The notes under the pieces were generated by a model, which made no database searches, was not told where the DNA came from, and was given only the letters and a program-made list of their open reading frames with translations. The position numbers were made by a program, and so were the translations under genes. A stretch of DNA of 64,000 nt from Chlamydia trachomatis (GTDB lineage Bacteria > Chlamydiota > Chlamydiia > Chlamydiales > 2-12-FULL-49-11): positions 45,077 to 109,076 of the forward strand of contig CAMAXK010000003.1 in assembly GCA_945862365.1 (NCBI GenBank). The letters run 5' to 3'. This document shows, piece after piece, positions 44,673-54,913 of the stretch. Position 1 is the stretch's first letter. Each line of letters begins with the position of its first letter.

Positions 44673-47289
44673 CCACTTTTAATGGTACAGAGAGCAAATA
44701 AGCATTCTCCATAGCCTCTTTTACGAGTTTTTCACAAATCTTTACTTCATCTTTTGGGCATTCAAATATTAATTCGTCATGAATTTGCAGCACTAAGTAA
44801 CTCTGCATCTGTGACTTAGACATCTTCTTATCTATCTCTATCATGGCTATTTTAATAATATCTGCTTGAGATCCCTGAATTGGGGCATTTACGGCAAAGC
44901 GTTCATTTGCTGCTTTTACAGCAAAATTTGAGCTATCGATATCTGGCAAAAGACGCTCTCTACCCAGTAATGTGACCGATTTTTTCTCTGTTTTTGCCTG
45001 AAGTGTTAAAAATTCAATGAAATCTCTCACTTTAGGGTATTTTTTAAAGTAAGTATCAATGATAGTTCTTGCGGCCTTAATATCTATACCAAGTTCTTTG
45101 GCAAGGCCAAAGGGCTTTTGACCATAAAGGATGCCAAAATTGACCGCTTTTGCCTTATAGCGCATATCCTTTGTTACCCCTTCATAGGGGACGTTAAAGA
45201 CCCCGGCAGCTGTTTCTGTGTGGATATCCCTATCATGGTTAAATGCATCGATTAAAGCCCTTTCCCCAGACATATGGGCAAGGATCCGAAGTTCTATTTG
45301 AGAATAATCAAGGGAGAGAAAGACCCAATCCTTTTTTTGCGGCATGAAAGCCTTTCTTACTTTTTTCCCTTCCTCGCCTCTAACAGGGATATTTTGTAAA
45401 TTTGGACTAGAGGAAGAAAGTCTACCAGTTACTGTTCCTGATTGATTAAAGGTACAATGGATCCTTCCGGTCTTTTCATTGACAACTTTAGGAAGAGCGT
45501 CTACATAGGTTGAACGAAGTTTTTCTAAGGTGCGATAGGAGAGGATCATCGGAATGATAGGATGATCATGTTCTAGGGCTTCTAGAACATCGGCCCCAGT
45601 GCTATGAGAAGTTTTAGTCTCTTTTAAAGAGCGGATACCAAGATCTTCAAATAAAATGGCCGCCAGCTGCTTTGGAGAATTAATATTAAATTCTTTGCCA
45701 GCCTCGGCATAAATTTTTTCAGAAATTTGCTCAATTTTTTCAGTAAGCTCAATGCTATAGTCAGCAAGATAGCCGGTATCAACATAAATACCATGCTCTT
45801 CCATAGAAAAAAGAATGGGCAGAAGTGGCAACTCTATGTTGTAATAGAGCGAATCAAAATTTTTATCGTGGATTTGCTTTTTAAATAAATTTTTTAATCT
45901 GATTGTATAGTCAACGTCCATGCAGCAATAGTTACAAGCCTCTTCTAAGGGAACGTCTGCAAAAGTGTTCCCTTTACCAGGGGGGACAAGATCTTTATAG
46001 GCAACTTTGTTCACTCCAAAATATTTTTCTGAAAGAAAATCAAGACCGTGGTTGATTAGATGAGAATCTAAAACATAGGAGGCAAGTAACGTATCAAAAT
46101 CAACCGTTTTGATCTTTAGCCCGGCTCTACTTAGAATATGCATGTCATATTTGATATTATGACCAAAAAATGAGAGGCTTCCATCAAAAAGAGGAGATAG
46201 ATCTTTGATTACGACTTCTTTTTTTATTGCACCATTTAAAGGAATGTAATAGACGACCCCTTCTTTACACCCAAGACCTATTCCAATTAGATCAGCTGTC
46301 ATGGTATCTAAGCCTGTAGTTTCTGTGTCGATACAAAGACTTTTTTCGGTTTTAAGCGCTTTTACAAGGGTTTTCAACGCAGTTTCATCGTTAATTAATG
46401 TGTAGTTAGAATTTTGTTTGGGGGAAGAGGGTAGAGATGAACCTAATTCCTTAAGTAGTGTTTTAAATTCCATCGATTCATAAAAGGACTTAAGAGAAAG
46501 AAGATCGGGGCCTGCTACTTTATAAAAAGAGAGTTCCTTTGGAATATCTAGGTCTGTATCAATGGTGGCAAGCTTATAGCTAATTTCAGCATTGGCTCTT
46601 TCGCTTTGAATTTTTTCACCTTGCTTCTTGTTTGAAAATGTCTCTGTACTATTAAGAAGATTTGTAAGAGTTCCGAATTCATTAAGTAATTTTTCAGCCG
46701 TTTTAGGTCCTATCCCCTTAATTCCAGGGATATTATCTGATGAGTCGCCGGTGATGGCAAGATAGTCGATAAATTGATCAGCTCTTATTCCATATCTTTT
46801 GACCACTTCATCTTTATCTATAATTTGGTTATCTTTATAGGTTTGGACAATAAAGGTATGATCATCAATTAGCTGGCAAAGATCTTTGTCTGAGGAGCAA
46901 AGATAGGAGTAAAGACCCTTGGATTTTGCAAAACGAGCTACAGCGCCAATTCCATCATCTGCCTCTACACCATCTACTTCGATAATTGGAAGGTTAAAAG
47001 CTTTGCAAAATTCTTTTGCTAAGGCTATTTGGGGATATAAATCATCTGGGGCTTTTTCCCTATGAGCTTTGTATTGAGGATAGATGGCAAGCCTTGAAGC
47101 TTTGTTTTTCGGCCCATCAAAGACAATTGCCATATAATCGGGAGTAAAATCCTTTTTTATATTTAAAATTGAACGAATAAACCCGTATAATCCATTTGTA
47201 GCGACCCCTTTGCTATTGGACATATTTCTTATCGCATAGTAGGAGCGAAATATGTAATTGCTAGCATCGACGATGAAGATTTTTTTCAT
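44638..47289 (-). CDS. polA: DNA polymerase I
   Basis: 883 aa. 5'-nuclease N-terminus, 3'-5' exonuclease-like middle, and polymerase motifs DYSQIELRILAH and LQIHDELIFE. Confidence 0.95.
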   Translation of the reverse strand: MKKIFIVDASNYIFRSYYAIRNMSNSKGVATNGLYGFIRSILNIKKDFTPDYMAIVFDGPKNKASRLAIYPQYKAHREKAPDDLYPQIALAKEFCKAFNLPIIEVDGVEADDGIGAVARFAKSKGLYSYLCSSDKDLCQLIDDHTFIVQTYKDNQIIDKDEVVKRYGIRADQFIDYLAITGDSSDNIPGIKGIGPKTAEKLLNEFGTLTNLLNSTETFSNKKQGEKIQSERANAEISYKLATIDTDLDIPKELSFYKVAGPDLLSLKSFYESMEFKTLLKELGSSLPSSPKQNSNYTLINDETALKTLVKALKTEKSLCIDTETTGLDTMTADLIGIGLGCKEGVVYYIPLNGAIKKEVVIKDLSPLFDGSLSFFGHNIKYDMHILSRAGLKIKTVDFDTLLASYVLDSHLINHGLDFLSEKYFGVNKVAYKDLVPPGKGNTFADVPLEEACNYCCMDVDYTIRLKNLFKKQIHDKNFDSLYYNIELPLLPILFSMEEHGIYVDTGYLADYSIELTEKIEQISEKIYAEAGKEFNINSPKQLAAILFEDLGIRSLKETKTSHSTGADVLEALEHDHPIIPMILSYRTLEKLRSTYVDALPKVVNEKTGRIHCTFNQSGTVTGRLSSSSPNLQNIPVRGEEGKKVRKAFMPQKKDWVFLSLDYSQIELRILAHMSGERALIDAFNHDRDIHTETAAGVFNVPYEGVTKDMRYKAKAVNFGILYGQKPFGLAKELGIDIKAARTIIDTYFKKYPKVRDFIEFLTLQAKTEKKSVTLLGRERLLPDIDSSNFAVKAANERFAVNAPIQGSQADIIKIAMIEIDKKMSKSQMQSYLVLQIHDELIFECPKDEVKICEKLVKEAMENAYLLSVPLKVDVSVGKNWSEC

Positions 47290-48338
47290 AATTGATTAGG
47301 ATAAAGTGGTGCCTCTAGTGTAAAAGGGAGGGGTGTAGATTGGCTTGTCCCAAAGAGAAAGGAGAGTTTATTTTCTAAGGTATTTTTTAAACTGTCATAG
47401 AACGTCTTTTTTTGCACAAAACTAATCACTTGAGTGTTTTCATCTAATTCTAAGCTCTTTTTCATATAGGCTAGCGCATCAAAATATCGAGTATTTGCCG
47501 CATCTATATATCCTAATTTTTGAGCATCAAGGCTTCCATAGATGGCTGCACCATATTCAATTAGTTTTGCTTTGGTAAGGCCATGGGAGGCTCTTGAACT
47601 ATCTACAACGGTAATAAAACTTTCATAAACGTCGTTTGCAATTTTGATAATATCTTTGTATGAATTAGTGCCATCTACAATTGGAGTAAACATTGGAAAA
47701 GGGATTTTATTCTTTCCAGCACTTACAATCATTGCTTCAACGCCAACTTTTTGCATGAGGTTATAAAAGTTAAATTGAGGAGGAAAAAATACCCCCACAG
47801 ATCCAATCATTGTGATTGATTGTGCTGAAATGTAATCACCACTACAGGCAAGGTAATAACCAGCAGAGGCACACACATCAGAAATCCATACATGAATAGG
47901 GATATTGTACTGCCCCTTAAAGCTCATTAGATCTTGATACATCTGCTCACATTCAGAAGCTGAACCTCCTCTTGAATTAATTTTAATAAAGACCCCCTTG
48001 AGGCGATCCATATTAATTCCTTGTAAATGAGGCTGTTTTAATATTTTTTGTAATGTTGCAGATGTATTTTCAGTTTTTCTATCAATCCCAATAACCCCCT
48101 CAATGTCAATTTGTAGGATTAAATTTGTATCTTTTTTAAATAAAGAGACATCACCCATTTGATTAGGTTGAACTTTTATCGGCAAGAAATTTTCCTCTAT
48201 ATCAGGTACGTTTTTTAATGCAAATCCAACAAAGGACGAAAATGCAAATAAGGCTATTAAGATACCGATTAAGGCGGCAAAGGTGCCCATAAATCGTTTA
48301 ATGCTATAGCGGAAAATGGATTCATTATTTTGTGACAT
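47286..48338 (-). CDS. sppA: signal peptide peptidase SppA (36K type, S49 family)
   Basis: N-terminal TM, ASAGYYLAC and GSVGVF blocks. The ATG at 48338 is preferred over the TTG at 48350. Confidence 0.8.
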   Translation of the reverse strand: MSQNNESIFRYSIKRFMGTFAALIGILIALFAFSSFVGFALKNVPDIEENFLPIKVQPNQMGDVSLFKKDTNLILQIDIEGVIGIDRKTENTSATLQKILKQPHLQGINMDRLKGVFIKINSRGGSASECEQMYQDLMSFKGQYNIPIHVWISDVCASAGYYLACSGDYISAQSITMIGSVGVFFPPQFNFYNLMQKVGVEAMIVSAGKNKIPFPMFTPIVDGTNSYKDIIKIANDVYESFITVVDSSRASHGLTKAKLIEYGAAIYGSLDAQKLGYIDAANTRYFDALAYMKKSLELDENTQVISFVQKKTFYDSLKNTLENKLSFLFGTSQSTPLPFTLEAPLYPNQL

Positions 48339-48434
48339 GGAAACTCTCAATTAAAAAAATATTACATAATCATACCCTCTTTTTTTCATAGATGCAAGAA
48401 AAATACTTCACATATAGCGCCCATTAGAAATTAA

Positions 48435-48538
48435 ACACAAAGACACGAAGATACAAAGGCACAAAGAAAGACAATAGCCATCTTTTGAAACAACTTACAA
48501 TCATAATGTATTTTCTATTGTGATTAACATGGATAAAA
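48435..48538. repeat. second (partial) copy of the 31.7-kb element: CACAAAG-rich segment + conserved core
   Basis: 48494-48538 (cttacaatcataatgtattttctattgtgattaacatggataaaa) matches 31727-31774 at 37 of 48 aligned positions. It is preceded by aacacaaagacacgaagatacaaaggcacaaagaaag. Confidence 0.6.
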
Positions 48539-48593
48539 AATCTCTTTTATCGATTCTCTGTTAATAAATTTGAGGTTAATTATCTAAGGTGCG

Positions 48594-49130
48594 TTATTTA
48601 TGAGAGAGCTTTTTATTTTGTGCAATAGTGCTTAGTAGAAGCTCTGTAAATATTATAGGGGCAAGGGCAAAGAATATACAGTAAATAAAAATGGGGGGTT
48701 TATACCCTAAGACCATTACAAAGATGATCAAAAACTGCAGTGCTGTGGTGATTTTACTACTTAGTGGTGGTAAAACTACAAGGGCTTTTTTGCCAAAAAA
48801 AATCAGCGTTGTGACAATATAAAGAATAATGCTTACATCACGGATTAAAAATGAAAATAATCCAAAAGTAGAAAGGGTGCCAGAGGCAATTAATGCTCCC
48901 ATCACAAAATAGACAAAAAATTTATCCATTACAGGATCAAGCACTTTGCCTAAAAAGGTTTCATTTTTAAATTTTCTTGCCAAGTACCCATCGATGCAAT
49001 CAGAAATCATAGCAGCAACAATAGCAAAAACACGAATTTGAACAGATTGGAAAAGGAATAAGAAGGCAAGAGGGCCTCTTAGCAGCGAAATGGTGTTAGA
49101 AAGAGTTAACATATTTTTCATAATGAGCAA
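48594..49130 (-). CDS. CDP-alcohol phosphatidyltransferase (PgsA-like)
   Basis: DCIDGYLARKFKNETFLGKVLDPVMDK fits D(x)2DG(x)2AR(x)8G(x)3D(x)3D. 178 aa, multi-TM. Alternative Met starts at 49121 and 49112. Confidence 0.85.
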   Translation of the reverse strand: MLIMKNMLTLSNTISLLRGPLAFLFLFQSVQIRVFAIVAAMISDCIDGYLARKFKNETFLGKVLDPVMDKFFVYFVMGALIASGTLSTFGLFSFLIRDVSIILYIVTTLIFFGKKALVVLPPLSSKITTALQFLIIFVMVLGYKPPIFIYCIFFALAPIIFTELLLSTIAQNKKLSHK

Positions 49131-49191
49131 TCTTCAAAAAAAGTATAATTTTTTTTTGTTTCCTTTTATAACATATTTTTCATTTTGCGAC

Positions 49192-50739
49192 CTAGGCTTT
49201 CTGCAAGGGGCTATCGGATGCAAAATTTTGGGCCCCTTCTTCTTTTGAGGTGGCGTTGAAGAGCACACCAAGGGTTCTTACAGCCATAAGCCATCCAATG
49301 AAGATCATGATGATAATCACACCTACAAATGGGGCGCTCATAGTAACGCTTCCAAAAATCATTAAAAGAGCTTGATGAATGATCGATGCTCCAGATTTCC
49401 CAAGTCTTGAACCAATTCCGTCAATGGCAGCTTTCCCTTTTTCTTTGGATTCTTTGCTAAGTGGGATAAAAGCCATCTCTTTAGTGACATCAAAGAAGGT
49501 AAATTTTGACGCTCTAGAGAAAATATTTTGGAAAGAGCCTAAAGCTGAGGCAATGACCAATGGTGAGGTTCCTAGTGCTCCGGCAAAGGCTACAGCTGAG
49601 GCGCTTGCCCTACCTAAGTAAAAGATGAAAAAAAATACCGCTGAAATAAGCAATATTAAGGGGGTTATATAAGCAGAAACAGTCCAGCCATATTTTCTTA
49701 CTACTTGACCACATACAAAGATGGATAAAATGGTGGAAAATAGACCAATATAAGTCATCACGCTACCCATGTATGAGCTATAGTCTGCTGCATAAGGATA
49801 AAGAAGATGTACCTGGTCTTTCCAAACTACTTCAATAAGTGTTAAGGCCATATTGAAGAATAAAACGATCAAAGCAATACAGATAAGGTAATTTGATTGG
49901 GCAAGGTAGGCAAAATTTTTGCGCAACCCCATCTTTGGCTTGCTTTCTTTTTTAGAAGGAACCATTTCCTCTGCAGCCGGTGCTATCGTACGGTTTAGTC
50001 TTCTATATAAAAATAAGGTGAAACATCCAATGACGATAATAAGGGAAATAATCGTGATAAATGAAAATGTCCATCGGTCTGTTTGAATATTTAGATAAGA
50101 GTGAAGGAATTTTCCGCAAAAAAACATACCTGCTTGACCTGCTAAAATAGTGGCAATATTTGCTCCAACTCCTAAAATTGCATAAAAACGTCCCGCCTCT
50201 TTGACAGAGGTTACTTCATTTGCAAAACCCCAGAAGAGAATCGACATAATCATTGTGCCCCAAAGCTCGCTAAGGACATAAAATAGGGTAAATGTCCAAT
50301 TTCTAAACACTGCAATTAACCCAATACATCCTTGTGGGAGAAGCTCTTGTAATTGATCAGCAAGACGGTTTGGATGTAAATAATCTTGATTTGGGTAAAG
50401 AATAAAGGCAAACAGGAAGAAAAAGCCTAAAAAGCCAGACATAATGATTGTAAATACTTTCTCCCTATCATATCGATTAGAAAGGCGAGTGTAGATCAAG
50501 GTGATCAGTAATGCCATCGGTAAAATTGCCCATACCTTGATAAAAGGGATGGTTGCAGCCCCAGAGTCTTTGGCAGTAACAATTAGTGCATCTTTTATAG
50601 TCTTTAATAAACTATAATTGAAAACAACCAATGAATAGATAATTAACATTGGTAGAAATTTAGAATATTCAGATCTTAAAATTGGCCAAAATAAGCGCTT
50701 TAAAGGGTGCATATTCTTGAACACATTTTCATCATTCAT
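49192..50739 (-). CDS. nucleotide transporter, TLC (ATP/ADP translocase) family
   Basis: 515 aa with about 12 TM segments. The N-terminal LKRLFWPILRSEYSKFLPM...SLLKTIKDALIV is characteristic of chlamydial and rickettsial Npt/Tlc proteins. Confidence 0.85.
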   Translation of the reverse strand: MNDENVFKNMHPLKRLFWPILRSEYSKFLPMLIIYSLVVFNYSLLKTIKDALIVTAKDSGAATIPFIKVWAILPMALLITLIYTRLSNRYDREKVFTIIMSGFLGFFFLFAFILYPNQDYLHPNRLADQLQELLPQGCIGLIAVFRNWTFTLFYVLSELWGTMIMSILFWGFANEVTSVKEAGRFYAILGVGANIATILAGQAGMFFCGKFLHSYLNIQTDRWTFSFITIISLIIVIGCFTLFLYRRLNRTIAPAAEEMVPSKKESKPKMGLRKNFAYLAQSNYLICIALIVLFFNMALTLIEVVWKDQVHLLYPYAADYSSYMGSVMTYIGLFSTILSIFVCGQVVRKYGWTVSAYITPLILLISAVFFFIFYLGRASASAVAFAGALGTSPLVIASALGSFQNIFSRASKFTFFDVTKEMAFIPLSKESKEKGKAAIDGIGSRLGKSGASIIHQALLMIFGSVTMSAPFVGVIIIMIFIGWLMAVRTLGVLFNATSKEEGAQNFASDSPLQKA

Positions 50740-50967
50740 GAGAACCTGTAGGGATAAATGGTTTTTTGTAAAAAAAAGATTTGTTTTCGGTCATAACAAC
50801 ATCGAGTGGCGATAAATACGGGAAAGAAGGGGAATTTTTTATTCTAATCTTCAAAATATTCTCTAATATAGAGTTGTTACCCTGTAGGAAGATATAGGCT
50901 CTTACTACGTACAAATAGTATATCTCATCTGACATAATAATCAAGCTAATTTAAAAAGGTTCTAAAA

Positions 50968-52176
50968 CTAATAAGTGTTTTCTAAAGCAGTAAGACCTGG
51001 AAGGGTTCCATTTTCAATAAACGCAAGGGTTGCCCCCCCACCTGTAGAGATATGGGTGAATTTTTGCCATTTTGGGATCAAATGGGCTGCATGGGCGGTG
51101 TCTCCTCCTCCTACAATAGTCATCGCCTTACTTTCAGAGAGAAAGCTTGCCATTTCTAGGGTCCCATGTTGGAAGGCTTTTAGCTCAAATACGCCAAAAG
51201 GGCCATTCCAAAATATAGTTTTAGCTTTTTTAAGAATTTCCTTTAATTCAGAAATGGTTCTAGGGCCAATATCAGCGCCTAAGTAGCCATCATTGATCCC
51301 TTCTTTTATGGAGACTAAGGCTGTTTCTGCTTCATCAGATAAAGTTTGAGTAATAATAATATCTTCAGGAAGGTGAAGGTTAATACCACGGGACTTGCAT
51401 TTTTTCATGATTGCTTTAGCCATATCAATATGTTCATGGTCGACTAAAGAATTTCCCGTTTTATAGCCTAAGGCGTGAAGAAAGGTAAATGCCATAGCCC
51501 CTGTTAGAATTAAACCATCGATTCTATCTAAAAGCGATTCTAAGATGCCAAGTTTTGTAGATACTTTTGCCCCACCAATAATTGCATAAAAAGGGTGCTC
51601 TGCTTGACCTAAAAGATTATCTAAGACTAACACCTCTTTTTCTACTAAAAAACCTACTGCTTTTATTTCATATTTTTTTGGAAGATATGTAATGGAGGCA
51701 TGGTTTCTATGTAAGCTGCCAAATGCATCAGCTATATAGATATCGGCAAGATCGGCTAAATAGTCAATAAATTCAGGATGCTTTTCAGGATTTTCTTCTC
51801 CTGGATGAAATCGTATATTTTCAAGTAGTAAAAGATCACCAGGTCTTAATCTATCGGCAAGTTTTTTTGTGTGGCTTCCAAATTCAGCAGAAGAAATTTG
51901 CACTTCCATCTCAAGAAGTTTAGAAAGATATTTTGCAATCGGGGCAATAGATAAAGAGGGGACAAAACGGCCACCAGGTCTTCCAAGATGTGAGATTAAT
52001 ATACAAGAGGCGCCTGATTCTAATATGTATTTTATAGTGGACAAAGAGGCCCTAATTCGGGAGTCATCAGTGATTTTACCCCCATCCATAGGAACGTTAA
52101 AATCAACGCGCACTAATACTTTTTTATTCTTTAGATGAAGTGTGGTAAGGGTCTTAAAGTCTCGAGTTTTCTGCAT
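50968..52176 (-). CDS. pgk: phosphoglycerate kinase
   Basis: VLVRVDFNVP, NGPFGVFE, STGGGA. Confidence 0.95.
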   Translation of the reverse strand: MQKTRDFKTLTTLHLKNKKVLVRVDFNVPMDGGKITDDSRIRASLSTIKYILESGASCILISHLGRPGGRFVPSLSIAPIAKYLSKLLEMEVQISSAEFGSHTKKLADRLRPGDLLLLENIRFHPGEENPEKHPEFIDYLADLADIYIADAFGSLHRNHASITYLPKKYEIKAVGFLVEKEVLVLDNLLGQAEHPFYAIIGGAKVSTKLGILESLLDRIDGLILTGAMAFTFLHALGYKTGNSLVDHEHIDMAKAIMKKCKSRGINLHLPEDIIITQTLSDEAETALVSIKEGINDGYLGADIGPRTISELKEILKKAKTIFWNGPFGVFELKAFQHGTLEMASFLSESKAMTIVGGGDTAHAAHLIPKWQKFTHISTGGGATLAFIENGTLPGLTALENTY

Positions 52177-52254
52177 AATCCTATAAAGTAGCGTCTTTTT
52201 GCTAAAGTGAAAATACTAGCCACTTAGTTCATATAATACAATAGACATCTTAGA

Positions 52255-53004
52255 TTATAAATCTTTGAAGGGGTTTGTGGATTCAAAAAATGGCTTTTGC
52301 TTACGCCTTTTCTTTCTCTCTTGATTGATAGAATAGAGAAGATCTTCATCAAAATTTTGATGCCCTGCCCAATGAAGGTAATCGATAGGAATTTCTTTAA
52401 AAAAATATCCTTTATACTTCCCAAAAGGGAACGCTTTCATTGCTACAGGCTTTGTTAATCTTTCGAGCATCTCTTCTGTGGTTTTAAAACCTGCGGCTAA
52501 TTTTTCAAATACTTTGATGTTTACGATCACATCATTCATTGCCCTGTGGGCCCCTTCTTCAGGGATGTTAAAATGCTCCCTTAAAACTTCAAGAGAATTT
52601 TTTGGGCTTTCGCCGTAAAGCCTTGCAAGTCTTAATGTGTCTATTACAGGATTAGAGGTAAGTGATTTTGAATGATTATGACGGCGTAAAGCTGATTCGA
52701 TCATTTGAATATCAAATCCAACATTATGGCCCATAATTGGATGCTTACCAATTAAAGCAACAGCTTCATCTAACACATCTTCGATAAAAGGTTTACCTTT
52801 TACCATATCATCGCTTATGTGGTGAATAGCGGTGGATTCAGGTGGAATGGGACGTTTTGGATCGATTAGATAATCAAGTTTTCCGAGCTCTTTTTCAAAA
52901 GTGAACTTAACGATGGCAATTTCGATGATTTCATCGTTATTTATATCAAGGCCTGTTGTTTCACAGTCAAGACAAATAAGTGTGTCTGTTTTAATTAAGC
53001 CCAT
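52255..53004 (-). CDS. DnaQ-family 3'-5' exonuclease with C-terminal DUF3820-like domain
   Basis: Exo I LICLDCETTGLD, Exo II GHNVGFDIQM, Exo III GAHRAMNDV. The C-terminal FPFGKYKGYFFKEIPIDYLHWAG resembles DUF3820, from memory. Confidence 0.8.
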   Translation of the reverse strand: MGLIKTDTLICLDCETTGLDINNDEIIEIAIVKFTFEKELGKLDYLIDPKRPIPPESTAIHHISDDMVKGKPFIEDVLDEAVALIGKHPIMGHNVGFDIQMIESALRRHNHSKSLTSNPVIDTLRLARLYGESPKNSLEVLREHFNIPEEGAHRAMNDVIVNIKVFEKLAAGFKTTEEMLERLTKPVAMKAFPFGKYKGYFFKEIPIDYLHWAGHQNFDEDLLYSINQERKKRRKQKPFFESTNPFKDL

Positions 53005-53584
53005 GTTGTAATGCTTCCTTTAAGGTGTTGATCAGTATTTTCTTCCCAGAATAATTTTTTGTCGAGTATAAAACGGTTTTGCACCCTTCAAGAATCTCAG
53101 GAAGCTCTTTTAGCTTCTTTCTTTCTTTTCCCTTTAGCTTGTCAGTCTTAGTAAAGACTACAAGCGGTTTTTTGTCTCTAGATTTTAACCACTGTAGTAA
53201 TTCTATATCTTTTGGGAATGGAGGGTGTCTACTGTCGATCAAAATAGTAAAGATAATACGATCTAAATTCTCTTCAATAAATTCTGAAATCCATCCCATC
53301 CATTCATTTTGCTCAGATTTACTTTTTCTTGCAAACCCATATCCAGGTAAATCTACCAAAAAAAGGTTATCGTGAATTAAAAAGTAGTTGATAAGAGCAG
53401 TTTTTCCGGGGACAGTGGAGGTGTGGGCAAGGTTTTTAGCAGAAAATAAGTGATTGATTAAAGAAGATTTGCCTACATTTGATCTGCCTGCAAACACAAT
53501 GATGGGGAAATCCTCTTTTGGGTAATGCTCTTTGCTTGTGGCCGATCGGATAAAGGTACATTTATCAAATGTGTATTGCGTCAT
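52991..53584 (-). CDS. engB: ribosome biogenesis GTPase YihA/EngB
   Basis: FAGRSNVGKSSLIN (G1), DLPGYG (G3), TKTDK (G4). Confidence 0.85.
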   Translation of the reverse strand: MTQYTFDKCTFIRSATSKEHYPKEDFPIIVFAGRSNVGKSSLINHLFSAKNLAHTSTVPGKTALINYFLIHDNLFLVDLPGYGFARKSKSEQNEWMGWISEFIEENLDRIIFTILIDSRHPPFPKDIELLQWLKSRDKKPLVVFTKTDKLKGKERKKLKELPEILEGCKTVLYSTKNYSGKKILINTLKEALQHGLN

Positions 53585-53981
53585 TTCTTGTTACCTTTCT
53601 TCCTTGCTGATGATGTGTAAAAGTTAAGGAAATAATATTTCCAGTTAATTTATTTAAAACGATCTCTGGCCATTCAATGATCGCTATATATTCACCCCCA
53701 AGAAATTCATCAAAGCCTAAAGCAAAAAAATCATCTCCACTTTTTAAGCGATAAAGATCAAAATGAGCTACCTTTTCCTCGTAGATATTTAAATAGGTAA
53801 AGGTTGGGCTAGATACAACAGAGTCTATGGAAAGGGCTTTACACAGCATTTTTGTAAAAGTGGTCTTACCAGCCCCTAGATCGCCTGAAAGAGTTAAAAT
53901 ATCGCCAGGTTTTAAGGTGGATGCTACCTCTGTTGCAAACAAATGCATGTTTTCTAAATTACAAACTATAGATTGCGACAT
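53565..53981 (-). CDS. tsaE: tRNA t6A biosynthesis ATPase TsaE (YjeE)
   Basis: LSGDLGAGKTTFTK P-loop, SPTFTY, HFDLYRL. Confidence 0.85.
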   Translation of the reverse strand: MSQSIVCNLENMHLFATEVASTLKPGDILTLSGDLGAGKTTFTKMLCKALSIDSVVSSPTFTYLNIYEEKVAHFDLYRLKSGDDFFALGFDEFLGGEYIAIIEWPEIVLNKLTGNIISLTFTHHQQGRKVTRNDAIHI

Positions 53982-53995
53982 AGGTATAAGCCTTA

Positions 53996-54775
53996 TTAAT
54001 CGTCGACGCTGCTTTCTTCCTCAGCTTCTACAACTTCCTCTTCCGCTTCTTCTTCAGAATCTTCCATCCATTTTTTGATGTATTTTGTAAACTCCTCACG
54101 AGTAGAGAGAGTTTCAACAAAGGCAGAAACTTTAGAATCTTCTAAATTGCTTTCCAAAAATTGAAGGAAATCATCATGAAGTTCAAATCTATTTTGCGTG
54201 GTTACTTGCTTCATAGGAATAGATTTAATTTGGTTCTCGAGCAAATCTTGAATTACACCTTTTTTGCTATTAAACAGTTTACCTGTTACCACAGAAGAAA
54301 AAACAGTTTTAGAAAGCTCAGCGCTTTGAGGGGTAATATAATTTTTAATTACTTCAGGATCTTCAGAGATATAAAATTTTTTTACTCGAATCCCATCTTT
54401 TCTTTCAGTATTTTCAGGGCAATTTGAGACCCAGTCGTAGATTGCATCTTGAGGGTTAGGGTGGGTGTTATCTGCAAAAACCTTACCTGAATAAGGACAG
54501 ATATAGATTTTTTTACTCTCTTCGTTAACACTTTTTTTCCCAAGTTGGATTTTAATCGTTGTTTCTCGATAAAGCTTATGCTCTTTTTCAAGAGCCTTAA
54601 CTAAATGATCTTGGCTTAAAAAAATCTTTTTCTCTTTCATGAACACAACAGGGCTTAGATTGTGCTTCATCTCAAGAAATGAGAGGTAGGTAGTGATGAG
54701 ATCAACGTTACGATTTTTTTTGATGAAATCAAGTAGATCTTTGTAAATGCCTTCTGAAATGGCTAGTTTTGTCAT
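53996..54775 (-). CDS. conserved hypothetical protein with acidic C-terminal tail
   Basis: 259 aa ending DSEEEAEEEVVEAEEESSVDD. First gene of the tsaE-engB-dnaQ-like operon. It may belong to a Chlamydiae-restricted DUF family, but this is unverified. Confidence 0.5.
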   Translation of the reverse strand: MTKLAISEGIYKDLLDFIKKNRNVDLITTYLSFLEMKHNLSPVVFMKEKKIFLSQDHLVKALEKEHKLYRETTIKIQLGKKSVNEESKKIYICPYSGKVFADNTHPNPQDAIYDWVSNCPENTERKDGIRVKKFYISEDPEVIKNYITPQSAELSKTVFSSVVTGKLFNSKKGVIQDLLENQIKSIPMKQVTTQNRFELHDDFLQFLESNLEDSKVSAFVETLSTREEFTKYIKKWMEDSEEEAEEEVVEAEEESSVDD

Positions 54776-54913
54776 TGGTATACCTCTGCAGTATTGAATA
54801 CAGGAAATATATTATAAAAAAAATCCCTTTTACGCAAGTGATAATCAATAGGGTGGAGTATTTTCTTTACCTTTACCTCTATTATCTGCTACTCTACTTC
54901 CTTTTGAGGTAGT

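Noticed and set aside
50732-50944. 70-aa minus-strand ORF upstream of the nucleotide transporter
   Set aside because: It overlaps the transporter start, has no RBS and has odd composition. The region is better explained as the transporter's promoter and 5' UTR.
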